Part shown: piece after piece, positions 38,301-50,435 of the stretch
How the letters are laid out: each line of letters starts with the position of its first letter
Numbering within the stretch: position 1 is the first letter of the stretch
Source of the DNA: Macrostomum lignano
Taxonomy: Eukaryota
DNA: 64,000 nt
NCBI GenBank assembly: GCA_002269645.1
Contig: NIVC01000677.1
Span: forward strand, 62,001 to 126,000
Direction of reading: 5' to 3'
Notes under the pieces: model-generated
The model's database searches: none
Seen by the model: the letters and a program-made list of their open reading frames with translations, nothing else
Told to the model about the DNA's origin: nothing
Translations under genes and position numbers: made by a program

Positions 38301-40204
38301 TTGACATGGTGGCTCTTTAATGTTCGACATGGTGGCTCTTTTAGGTTTGAAATGGTGGCTCTTTAATGTTTGACATGGTGGCTTTTTAATGTTCGACATG
38401 GTGGCTCTTTAATGTTCTTAATGGTGTCTGTTTTATGTTTGACATGGTGGCTCTTTAATGTTTCGACATGGTGGCTCTTTAATGTTCTTAATGGTGTCTG
38501 TTTTATGTTTGACATGGTGGCTTTTTAATGTTCGACATGGTGGCTCTTTAATGTTCTTAATGGTAACTCTACGTTCGAAATGGTGGCTCTTTTATGTTTG
38601 ACATGGTGGCTCTTGTATGTTTGACATGGTGGCACTTTCATGTTTGACCTGGTGGCTCTTTAATATTTGACATGGTTGCTCTTTTATGTTTGACATGGTG
38701 GCTCTTTAATGTTTGACATGGTGGCTTTTTAATGTTCGACATGGTGGCTCTTTTAGGTTTGACATTGTGGCTCTTTAATGTTTGACATGGTGGCTCTTTA
38801 ATGTTTGACATGGTGGCTCTTTAATTTTCGAAATGGTGGCTCTGTTTTATGTTTTACATGGTGGCTCTTTATTGTTCGACATAGTGGCTGTTTTATGTTT
38901 GACATGGTGGCTCTTTAATGTTCGACATGGTGGCTCTTTAATGTTCTTAATGGTGTCTGTTTTATGTTTGCCATGGTGGCTCTTTAATGTTCGACATGGT
39001 GGCTCTTTAATGTTTGACATGGTAGTTCTTTTATGTTTGATATGGTGGCTTTTTTATGTTTGACATGGTGGCTCTTTAATGTTCGACATGGTGGCTCTTT
39101 TAGGTTTGAAATGGTGGCTCTTTAATGTTTGACATGGTGGCTTTTTAATGTTCGACATGGTGGCTCTTTAATGTTCTTAATGGTGTCTGTTTTATGTTTG
39201 ACATGGTGGCTCTTTAATGTTTCGACATGGTGGCTCTTTAATGTTCTTAATGGTGTCTGTTTTATGTTTGACATGGTGGCTTTTTAATGTTCGACATGGT
39301 GGCTCTTTAATGTTCTTAATGGTAACTCTACGTTCGAAATGGTGGCTCTTTTATGTTTGACATGGTGGCTCTTGTATGTTTGACATGGTGGCACTTTCAT
39401 GTTTGACCTGGTGGCTCTTTAATATTTGACATGGTTGCTCTTTTATGTTTGACATGGTGGCTCTTTAATGTTTGACATGGTGGCTTTTTAATGTTCGACA
39501 TGGTGGCTCTTTTAGGTTTGACATTGTGGCTCTTTAATGTTTGACATGGTGGCTCTTTAATGTTTGACATGGTGGCTCTTTAATTTTCGAAATGGTGGCT
39601 CTGTTTTATGTTTTACATGGTGGCTCTTTATTGTTCGACATAGTGGCTGTTTTATGTTTGACATGGTGGCTCTTTAATGTTCGACATGGTGGCTCTTTAA
39701 TGTTCTTAATGGTGTCTGTTTTATGTTTGCCATGGTGGCTCTTTAATGTTCGACATGGTGGCTCTTTAATGTTTGACATGGTAGTTCTTTTATGTTTGAT
39801 ATGGTGGCTTTTTTATGTTTGACATGGTGGCTCTTTAATGTTCGACATGGTGGCTCTTTTAGGTTTGAAATGGTGGCTCTTTAATGTTTGACATGGTGGC
39901 TTTTTAATGTTCGACATGGTGGCTCTTTAATGTTCTTAATGGTGTCTGTTTTATGTTTGACATGGTGGCTCTTTAATGTTTCGACATGGTGGCTCTTTAA
40001 TGTTCTTAATGGTGTCTGTTTTATGTTTGACATGGTGGCTTTTTAATGTTCGACATGGTGGCTCTTTAATGTTCTTAATGGTAACTCTACGTTCGAAATG
40101 GTGGCTCTTTTATGTTTGACATGGTGGCTCTTGTATGTTTGACATAGCGCTTCTTTTATGTTTAGCAGTTTTTGTTTTTAAGGTGTTTTAATAAAAAATC
40201 ATTT

Positions 40205-40272
40205 TGCGCTACCAAGATTCGAACTCAGGTCGCTACATTAGCAGTCCAGTCTGTTCGCATCTAGGCTATCTC
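40205..40272 (-). other. tRNA-like (Ser-GCT-like) module with Pol III A/B boxes inside the Helitron-like elements; paralogs at ~17505-17565(-), 47200-47260, 50927-50985, 53458-53522, 55630-55697, 58580-58645(+)
   Basis: TAGCCTAGATGCG (A-box-like), TGGACTGCTAAT (matches the tRNA-Ser GCT anticodon arm), GAGTTCGAATC (B box; GGTTCGAA in paralogs), oligo-T 15-30 nt downstream; no convincing acceptor stem, so not called a tRNA gene. Confidence 0.6.
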
Positions 40273-40813
40273 TTTTCAATTGAAGAACATGAATTGTGGC
40301 CATTATAATTCAATTCTTATAGCAAGTCAGTTAGAGTAAAAAGTTATGACATAATCAATTTCTCAGTCAGCCAGTATCAGTCTCAATTCAAGTTAGCAAT
40401 ATGGTTACGCAATTACAATCAAGTCTTGTGTGCATTTTTTCGACACTGTTTTCAACTTGCTGTGATGCAATCTTTATCACAATCGGAATTCAGCCAGTCA
40501 GTTTTTTCTCTAGCATTCTTACAATGCATTTCAAGTCGAAAATTTTGCTTGACCTTTGCAAAAAAGCATGTTTTTCGAATATTTAATCCCTTTAACATTG
40601 AGCAATTTCTTAGCCAGGATGCATGTACTGTCCCAGGAAAATTTCTGATCGAATGGTGCAAGTTTGAAGAAAATCGGTTGAGCCATTTTTTCTGAAATCT
40701 ATCGCATACCGACAGACAACTCATTTTTAGTATATTGGAAGAAAGATCTTATAATGACTAACGATCCTACGACTAACGAACTAACGATAGTTTAACGAAA
40801 TGGTGATTACAAA

Positions 40814-43800
40814 TCTAAATATACTAAATCTCTAAGGTTTGTTTGTATGTTTGTCCATAACGCTCTAGAGCGAGAAATTCTTCACCGATTTTGATCGCGT
40901 TTTCGCCAAAAGATGCAAAATTGTCTGGAAAGAAGACGGTTAAAATTTCTTGTATCTGCTTCAATGCTAAAGGGATTAAATATTTGAAAAACATGCTTTT
41001 TTGCAAAGGTCAAGCAGCTTTTTCGACTTTAAATGCACTATAAAAATGCTAGAGAAAAAACCGACTGACTGAATTCTGATTTTGATAAAGATTGCATCAC
41101 AACAAGTTGAAAACACTGTGCCAAGTTGAAAGACAGAAATTGCGTAACCATATTGCTAACTTTAATTGAGACTGATGCTGACTGCCTGAGTATTTGATTA
41201 TGTCATAGCTGCTTCGTGTGACTTTCACTCGAAGAGAATTTGTGTTGGTATTTGCATAACGTTCTAGAGATAGAACTAATTGACCAATTTTAATCGCGTT
41301 TTTACGAAAAGATTTGTAATTATCTGGAAAGCAGACAGTTAAAATTTCTTTAATTGGCTTTAATGCTAAAGGTATTAAATATTCGAAAAACGAGTTTTTC
41401 TAATGCTTTTAATGGTAGGGCAAACTAGGTTGAATTCTTGACTGGACTGGCTGAATTCCAATTCCAATTATGATTGCGCCATAACTTTTCTCTCTCCACT
41501 GTGTAAGCTTCAATACTGGTTGCAGTGTGCAAGGAGAAAAAATGCTCAGTGGCTGCGTGTGTACATTCTGACCCTGGCTCTGACTGGCGGACTCCATAGA
41601 AAATTGCTATTTATAGATTTCACTCAATCAACTGTGCATTGGCTCCGCCTGCACGCCTACACACTGAGCAGCCTATCACTGCTATGTATTTTAACTGCAG
41701 TTCTGAAGCATATATGGCTGATTTTGTTGTCCTCCCATCAATAGGCGGAGTAGCCGCACTGTAGGCACTTAGGACTAGGTTTAGGCTAGACGTAAGGTCC
41801 AAGGTTCGAGTCTGCCTCCCCGGCGGATAATAAAAATTCAAATAATTCAATAATTTATAGCTTGTTCCTGGACTAATTGAAACATTTTTTATTTAATTTC
41901 AATTGAAAATTTTTTTATTAATTAGCAATTCATTTTTTGCTACTCGGCACAAGCCACTAATCAAATTTGATTTGTAAAAACTGCTTCGAGTATAACTGAT
42001 CCCATCAATGGGTATTGTCTAGCTCCATAGAAGTACGAAATTACTAAACTGCAGACAATGCTGCTAAATGCTGAGCTTTTCAAGACTGCCGATATGTATC
42101 GAAAATTGATTAGTGAGCCGTACAATTCTGAGCAAATTGCAGTTTTCTGAGGGGACTGAGGTGCCGGCCACAGAAGAACTGCAGACTGTGAAGTAGTTCC
42201 TCCAGACTTAAATCTAATTTATAGATTTCACTTAACTGCGCATTGGCTCTGCCTGCATGCAACCCGTGCACTGAGCAGCCTATCACTGCCGTGTATTTCA
42301 CTGCAGTGCCAAAGCATATATCGCTGATTTTGTCGCCCTCCGATCAATAGGCGGAGTAGCCGCACTGTAGGCACTAGGACCAGTTTTAGGATAGGCGTAA
42401 GGTCCCAGGTTCGAGTCTACCTCGCAGCGGACAATTAAAATTGAACTAATTATTTATTTTAGCTTGTGCTTCGACTAATTAAAACTTTTATGCTTAATTA
42501 ACAAGGCACACTTAATGAACTACATGTATTTTTGCTGTTTGGCACAAGTCGATAAGCAAATTTGATTTGTAGAAACTGCTTCAAGTACATGTATTACGAG
42601 CGTACTGATCCCATCAATGGGTATATTGCCTAGCTCCATGAAAGTATGAAATTGCTAAACTGCAGACGATTCTGAAAAAAACTGCTGAAGGTATTGCTAA
42701 ATGCTGAGCTTTTCAAAACTGCCGATATGTATCGAAAATTTATTAGTGAGCCGTAAAATGTTGAGCAAATTGCAGTTTGCAGAGGAGACTGAGGAGCCGG
42801 CCGAGAGGATAACTGCAGACTGCTGAGAGAATGAATGAAAACTGTTCATGGAACAGTTGTAGACCGAAAATGAAATGACTGCAGACTGCTGAGGGGAACT
42901 GCAGACTGTCGAAGGGATCATTGCAGATTGCAAAGGGGAAGAACTGCAAACTGCTGGAGATACTGCTGGATACGCTCATAGTTCCTCCAGACTTATGAGC
43001 GTATAGCGGCAAACTGCCGAGAGGAAAACTGCCGACTAATTGGGAGATAATGGCAGACTTCTGAAGCTAATAACCAACTATTGAGTTTTGAGTGGATATT
43101 AACTGTGGAAGATTGAGTACAAGTTGTTTAGAGGATTACTGCGGGCTGCTAAGTGAAATCTTTTTTGCTAAGGGGACAATTCTATGCCGCTGAGAGTATA
43201 CATGCTTAATTTTAATAAAAGTTGTAGAATGCAATGAATGTTGAAGATACTCTTGCTGGGGGCTGCGTTATTCTTCTAGAGCAGTACTAATCTGCTGTAC
43301 ATGTAAGTACTAATTTGAAAAGGGTATTACTAATCTGGGTGAAGAGTGCTAATCTGACGTAAAATGAAGTTATAAATATGCAAGACGATTGCAAATCAAA
43401 TTTAAACTGCAAGTTGCAAAGATTTCAAATGGTTTCGATTATTGAGAAGCATATGGAGATCAGTGGCCATCTGCTTGCAGATTTTGCGGAACTGTGCCGA
43501 TGAACCATTGCTAAACTGCTGGTGAACCATTGCTAAACTGCTGGTGATCCATTGCTAAACTGCTGGTGAACCATTGCTAAACTGCTGGTAAACCATTGCT
43601 AAAGTGATGGTGAACCACTGCAATTTTTTAACAAATGCTACTTTAAACAGAAGAAAACTCAACGAAACAAAAAGCAAAGAAATAATCACCATGTCAACCA
43701 TAAGAGAGGCGGTCTGTCGAGCACAAAAGACTCAATGGGAAATGCTAAGATGTCAGGGCTGGTATGGGAAACTGCTTTGATGTCAAGACTCATGGGAGAA

Positions 43801-46250
43801 TTTCTACGATCTCAAGGCTTACGGGGGAATTGCTATAATGATGTGATTCTGGAGAGAATTGCTTCCATTCCAAGTTTCATTTGTGAAATTGCTGAGTTAT
43901 AAAGGCTCATTGGAAAATTGCTTTGCTGTCAAAGCTCATGGTGATAATTACTTGAATGCTGTGGCTGTTGGGGAATTCCCGAGATTGTTAGGGTAAGGTA
44001 AGGGTTAAACCATAAACGAATTGGCCTGTCAAACATTAAAGACTCATTGGGGAATGACAAAGCTCATGGGGGATATCTGAATGACTGAATTGTACTGTGG
44101 CTCAAGGCTCAGGGGGAATTGCTGTAATTGCAACACATGAGGATGTTGTGGAAATTGTGTTGCTCAAAAATGAGTTGCTATAATATCGAGGCTCATTGGG
44201 AAATCGCTGAGATGTCAAAGCTCACTGGGATCCCTGTACTGCTGTAGGCTGTGACTCTTATGTTATATCTGAGATGCTAAGGTTTACAGGGGAATGGCTT
44301 AGATTTCAAAGACTCCTAAAGGGAATAGCTGAAATTCACGAAATGACAAGGTTCATTGGGTAATTGTTGAAATGCTGTGGTTCATGGTGGGAATTGCTGA
44401 AATGCTGTGAATTGGCAGGGTTAGGGTTCAATAATAAGACATCATAATTGTCAAAGTGCCAAGACAACATAAGGTTAGTCGCTAAATTTTCAGGCTCATG
44501 GGTAAATTGCTTATAAGCTTTCAAAAGCTCATAGTAAAATTTCTGAAATGCTTGGACTGAGAGGGAGTTGCTGAAATGCTGTGACTCGGCTGCAGGTTAG
44601 GGTTATGGTTTTGGTTCAATTATAGAGCGATCGTCGTATCAATCATTAATGATTTATCAAGGAATTGCTAAGATTAAAGGCTCTTGGGGCGAATTACTTG
44701 AATGCTTTGGCTCTTTTGAGAATTGCTGACAGGTAAAGGCTTTCGGTGAAATTCAGATTACAAAGCATATTTATGAGGAAGTTACTTTAATGCTGAGGCT
44801 CAAGGCTCATGGGGGAAATTGCTAACATGCCAAGACTCACTTATGGGTTAGGGTTAGGTCTTAGGGTCAATCTTGGTTCAATCATAGAATAACCGCTCTG
44901 TAAATCATCAATTAAAGACTTGTCAAGTTGGGGATTGCTAAGATATCCGGGCTCATGGGGGAATCGCTGAGTGGACAAGGCTCATGAAGAAATTGCTGAG
45001 ATATCAAGGCTCATAAGGGGGAGGGGAGTTGAGTTGTTGAATTGTCAAGGCTTACTGAGCTGGGATAATTGCGTAGATATCAAGGCTCGAGTTTAATTGC
45101 TTCGATGTTGGTGCTTACTGAGGGAATTGCTGAGATTTCAAGGCTTCCTGGGGGAATTGCTGAGAATTCAAGGCTTACTGGGGGATTGCTAAGAGGTCAA
45201 GGCTTACTGGGCTGGAAAAATTGCGTAGATGTCAAGGCTCGAGTTTAATTGCTGCGATGTCGATGTTTAATGAGGGAATTCCTCAGATTCCAAGGCTTAC
45301 TGGGGAATTGCTGAGATTTCAAGGCTTACTGGGGGATTGCTAAGAGGTCAAGGCTTACTGGGCTGGAAAAATTGCGTAGATGTCAAGGCTCGAGTTTAAT
45401 TGCTGCGATGTCGATGTTTAATGAGGGAATTCCTCAGATTCCAAGGCTTACTGGGGGAATTGCTGAGATTTCAAGGCTTACTGGGGGATTGCTAAGAGGT
45501 CAAGGCTTACTGGGCTGGAAAAATTGCGTAGATGTCAAGGCTCGAGTTTAATTGCTGCGATGTCGATGTTTAATGAGGGAATTCCTCAGATTCCAAGGCT
45601 TACTGGGGGAATTGCTGAGATTTCAAGGCTTACTGGGGGATTGCTAAGAGGTCAAGGCTTACTGGGGGAATTACTGAGATTTCAAGTCCTACTGGCGTCT
45701 TGAGATAGCCTTTGAGATATCAAGGCTCATAGGGGATGGCTGAATGGTTGGGAGAGTGGGTTGGGTTGCTAAGCGATTGTCAGATCGTCAAGTAGTACGG
45801 CTGAAGTAGCTCATTTATTTAAGATAATGAAATAGTACACACAGGTGATGCTGATTTCTGCTAATAGAAAATACCAGTGTATTCATTAAAGGTTTGGTTC
45901 TTTGAGTTATGCTAATAAAGAGGGGTCTAAGGCCGTCAGGAATTTGCATTTGGAGCTCCTGCTGCGGATCAGAATATGCCCCGGCCAGTGACGATATTCA
46001 CTAAGAGTTTGTGCTTGAACGGATAAGCATTATTTGCTGATTGAGAAAGGGTTTTGGGCTGATGAAGGAAACTTTTTGGCTAATGAAGGTTCTGATTCAT
46101 GACAATTTATTTTTTCAAACGTGAGAAAACGTTATTTTTGATTAATGGAAATCAACATTTTGGATAATTATAGTAATGTTGCTGTTGTGCCAAAATAAAA
46201 ACCAATTGGTGTCATTTTCAAGGCTCCCCAGAGGGGGGCTAAATGGCTAG
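40814..46250 (+). mobile_element. Non-autonomous Helitron-like element, family D
   Basis: A|TCTAAATATACTAAA 5' end with GTTT/GTAT microsatellite and the shared TTTGCAAAGGTCAAGC core; 3' CCCC-AGA-GGGG + CTAG at 46247-50; internal ~600-bp duplication, 22-bp repeat (~43500-43615), ~152-bp repeat (~45170-45690). Internal continuity is inferred. Confidence 0.65.
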
Positions 46251-49200
46251 TCCAATATACTAAAAATCAAAACTATGTACCTACCTACCTACCTACCTAT
46301 CTATCTATCTATCTATCTATAGGAACCTTCGTTTAAGTTGACTTTGCGTGGTCCGAATTTCGTGGGGTTTTCTGCATTCGATGTGTATTGATGGTGCGCT
46401 GGTACACAACATTTTGCTAATAAATTGCTTCATTTTTTCGGGATTAAATATTCGAAAAACTCGATTTTTGCCTGTTTTTAAAAGTTCAAACAGTTTTTTT
46501 CCGATTGAGAAGCGTTCTGACTGCCGATGGAATTGTATTGCATCATAACTCAGTGCCAACTATAGCATTGGTTCTCTACACTGGCGTGGAAAGCTACAAG
46601 CGTTGAAAGGTTGCGCAACACCTTTAAGTTATTGAAATTGGGGGAGGGTTTCGCCATTCAATTAGTCCTGGGCATTGCTTGGTTGTTAATTTCAATGCAT
46701 CAACTTGAAAGCCTCTCACTGTAGCTGGCGCTGAATGTACACCTTATGAATTTGACTGCTTTAAAGCAGGAATGTTCGATCGCCGTTTGCGCTTTGAGTT
46801 TTTCACTTTCAGAAGAGAGCCTTGTATTGCCGGAAAGAGCTAGGAACGCTGAGTTCGGGAATATAATTTGTTTTCTGAGATTCGAAAAATTAAGAGCACA
46901 GCATTAAAAAGAAGATTTTTATACTTTTTACTTTATATACTCATTGTACGCTCTTCCATATCGCAAACCCCTACTTTATCGCAACTCCGCAATTCAAGCC
47001 AGCGCCATTGTATTTAAATTTAGATTGCGTAACCATATTGTTCACTTTAATTGTTGACTTTATTAATTGAAACTGATATTGCCTGCCTGAGAAATTGATT
47101 ATGTCATAACTTGCTTCGAGTGATTTCTACTCTATGCTTGGAGTTTTCAATGTTGAATTATATATATATGTGCTACAATTAATGTTATCAAAATGATGAG
47201 TTAGCCTAGAGCTGAACAGGCTGAACTGCTAATGCAGAGACGTGGGTTCGAATTTTTAGAGAGTAAAAGTTTTTATTAAAAATTTTAACTTTAAAAACGT
47301 CCGGTAAATCAGGTAAAAAAAGAAGAAGCTACGAGCGTTCATGTAGTATATTCAAAATTTTTTATTAAACTTTGAATTTTGAAAAGGATTATTGCACTAG
47401 ATAAGAAACTAATTATTGTACTAGCTGAGTAAATTGTTTCACTGTCTTGCTTGGGTTACTTTCTATCAGGGGATGCTTGCTATCGAAAGGATGCTTAGTC
47501 TTAGGGCATGCTTGATCGAATGAGATTGCTAAGATGTCAAGACATACTGGGGAATTATTCAGATATGCAGGCTTACTGGGGAATTACTGAGATGTCAAGC
47601 CTTAAAGGGACTTGCTGAGATGCCAAAAGGAAATTGCTGAGGTTTCAAGACGTGGGGGAATTTCTGAGATGTCAGGCCCTTGGACGGGGAGAAATTGCTA
47701 AGTTGTGAAGACCTACTGAGGAAATCACTGAGCCTTGACACCTCAGTTCATTCTCTCTTAAGCTTTGACATCTCAGCAATTCGCTCTCAAGGCTGAAGAG
47801 GGACTTTCTGAGACGCCAAGGCTTGGTGGGGGGATTGCTGAGATGTTAAGGCTTGGGGGGAATTTCTGAGATATAAGGGCTGAATGGCGGAACTGCTGGC
47901 GTGGGGGGAATTTCTAAAGTGTCAAGGCTTGGGGGAATCACTGAGATATAAAGGCTTACTTGGAGGACTGCTGAGATGTCAAGGCTTACTGGGGGAATCA
48001 CTGAGATATAAAGGCTTACTTGGAGGACTGCTGAGATGTCAAGTCTTGGCGGGGGAATTCCTGAACTTTCAAGTCTTGAGAGCGAATTGCTGAGATGTCA
48101 AAGCTTAGGAGAGAATGAACTGAGGTGTCAAGGCTTGGGGGGAATTGAGATGTCAAGTCTTGGGGGGGGGAATTCTGTGGATTGGGGATTCCTTTCATGA
48201 GGGCTGCTTCTAATGGATATGTTTAGATAGGTGATTCATTGGGAAATTCCATCGATGGGGGATTCTTTCGATGGAGGGTTCTTTGAATGGGGGATTCTTT
48301 AGATGAAGGATTCTTTGGCCTAGGATTTTATTGATGGGGGATTATTTAGATGGGAGATTCTTTGGATTCTTTAGATGGAGATTATTTGGAGTATGATTCT
48401 TTGGATTATTTGTACGGGGTTCTTTAGATGAGGGGACTCAGATTCAGATTCTTCAGATTCAATGAATTCTTTTGATGGAGGTTTATTTGGATGAGTGAAT
48501 ATTTGCATTATTTTGATCGGGATTCTGTGGATGGGGGGATTCTTTGGATAGGGATGGATGGGGGGATTCTTTGGATAGGGATGGATGGGGGATTCTTTGG
48601 ATAGGGATGGATGGAGGATTCTTTGGATAGGGATGGATGGGGGGTTCTTTTGATAGGGATGGATGGGGGGATTCTTTGGATAGGGATGGATGGGGGGTTC
48701 TTTTGATAGGGATGGATGGGGGATTCTTTGGATAGGGATGAATGGGGGATTCTTTGGATAGGGGATTCTGTCGATATGGGGATTCATTGGAAGGGGAATT
48801 CTTCGGATCGGGGATTCTATCGATGGGGGTTCTTTGGATGGGGATTCTCTGCATGTGAGATTCTTTGTATCGTGGATTCTATGGGTGGTGGATTCTTTGG
48901 ATGGGGGATTCTTTAAAATTGAGATTCAGTTGGGTGAAATTTTATTGCGTGGAAAAACTGTGGTTGGAGTTTGGACGAATAGCCCCAACGGGGGTTGGAA
49001 TTGGCTAGCTGAGGAAATTGTTTCACTAATCTTGGTGGGGGTACTTTCTATCAGGGGATGCTTGCTCGGAAGAGAATTCTAAGATGTCAAGATTTACAGG
49101 GGGAATTATTGAAATACATGTATAAAATCTTACCTATTGGAATTAATGAGATGTGAAGGCTTAAGAGGGACTTGCTGAGATGCAAGACTTGTGGGGGAGA

Positions 49201-50172
49201 ATTGCTGAGATTTCAAGGCTTAACGGGGAACTGCTGAGATGTCAAGGCTTCGGACGGGGAGACATTAGTAAGATGTCAAGGCTTTGGACGGGGAGAAATT
49301 GGTAAGATGTCAAGGCTTGGGGGAATTTTATGAGGTGTCGAGGCTCGGGGGAATTGCTGAGATGTTAAGTTTTGGGGGGAATTCTATGGATTGATGATTC
49401 TTTGGATGGGGGATGCTTCTAATGGATATCTTTGGATAGGTGATTCATTAGGGAATTCCTTTGATGGGGCATTGTTTCGATGGAGGGTTTTTCGAATGGT
49501 TGATTCTTTAGATGAAGGATTCGTTAGATGGGGGTTATTTGGACGGGGGTTCTTTAGATGAGGGGATTCTTTGGCCAAGAATTCTATTAATAGGGGGATT
49601 ATTTGGATGGGAGATTCTTTGGATTCGTTGGATGGGGTTTATTCGGACGGGGTTCTTTAGATGAAGGAATTCTTCGGCCAATTATTTCTTTGATGGCGGA
49701 TTATTTAGATGGGAGATCTATGGATTATTTAGATGGGAGATCTATGGTTTATTTAGATGGGGATTATGATGTGAATTATTTGGACGGGGATTAATTGGGG
49801 GGGATTCTTTGGATATGGATGGATGGGGGATTCTTTAGGTAGGAATGAATGAGGAAATTCTTTGGATAGGGATGGATGGAGGATTCTTTATATTTGGATT
49901 CTGTGGATGAGGGATTCTTTGGATGGGGATTCTGTGGATGAGGGATTCTTTGGATGGGGATTCTTTAGATAGGGGCTTCTGTAGATCGGGGATTTCTTGA
50001 GTAGGGGATTCATTGAATGGGAAATTATTCGGATCGGTGATTCTATCGATGGGGGTTCTTTGGATGGGGGATTCTTTGCATGTGAGATTCTTTGCATCGG
50101 GGATTTTGTGGATGGGGAAAACTGTGGTTGGAGTTTTGACGGAAAGCCCCAACGGGGGTTGGAATTGGCTAG
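46251..50172 (+). mobile_element. Non-autonomous Helitron-like element, family C
   Basis: 5' TCCAATATACTAAAAATCAAAAC + (TACC)n(TATC)n; 3' CCCC-AAC-GGGG + CTAG at 50169-72; internal second terminator at 48983-49008; degenerate GGGATTCTTTGGAT arrays. Confidence 0.75.
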
Positions 50173-50406
50173 TCCAATATACTAAAAATCAAAACTATGT
50201 ACCTACCTACCTACCTACCTATCTATATATCTATAGGAACCTTCGTTTAACTTGACTTTGCGTGGCCCGAATTTCGTGGGGTTTTCTGCATTCGATGCGT
50301 ATTGATGGTGCGCTGGTACACATAATTTTGCTAAGAAATTGCTTCATTTTTTCGGGATTAAATATTCGAAAAACTCGATTTTTGCCCGTTTTTTTAAGTT
50401 CAAACA
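50173..50406 (+). mobile_element. Truncated 5' part of a second family C copy
   Basis: Near-identical to 46251-46490; stops at AAGTTCAAACA. Confidence 0.75.
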
Positions 50407-50435
50407 TCCTATATACTTTTTTTTAAGTTCAAACA

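Larger units (their letters stand above)
18382..40160. repeat. 23-bp satellite (GACATGGTGGCTCTTTAATGTTT) with higher-order repeats of ~4-6 kb and 759 bp
   Basis: Direct reading; identical pseudo-ORFs recur at offsets of 3981, 4278 and 5782 bp, and 759 bp (32292/33051; 38074/38833/39592). Confidence 0.97.
18065..40739 (-). mobile_element. Non-autonomous Helitron-like element, family B, inflated to 22.7 kb by its internal 23-bp array
   Basis: 5' TCCAATATACTAAAAATGAGTTG at 40739; 3' CCCCC-AAC-GGGGG + CTAG ending 18065; unique ends (40160-40739, 18065-18380) match B copies at 52980-55144 and 55145-58138. Confidence 0.8.

Noticed and set aside
18382-40160. CRISPR-like array, and recurrent MSNIKEPPC... 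peptides
   Set aside because: Monomers are directly adjacent with no unique spacers, no cas genes, eukaryotic context; the peptides are the 69-bp three-monomer frame cycle.
40205-40272. Functional tRNA-Ser gene
   Set aside because: No proper acceptor stem or long variable arm; diverged copies sit only inside repeats.
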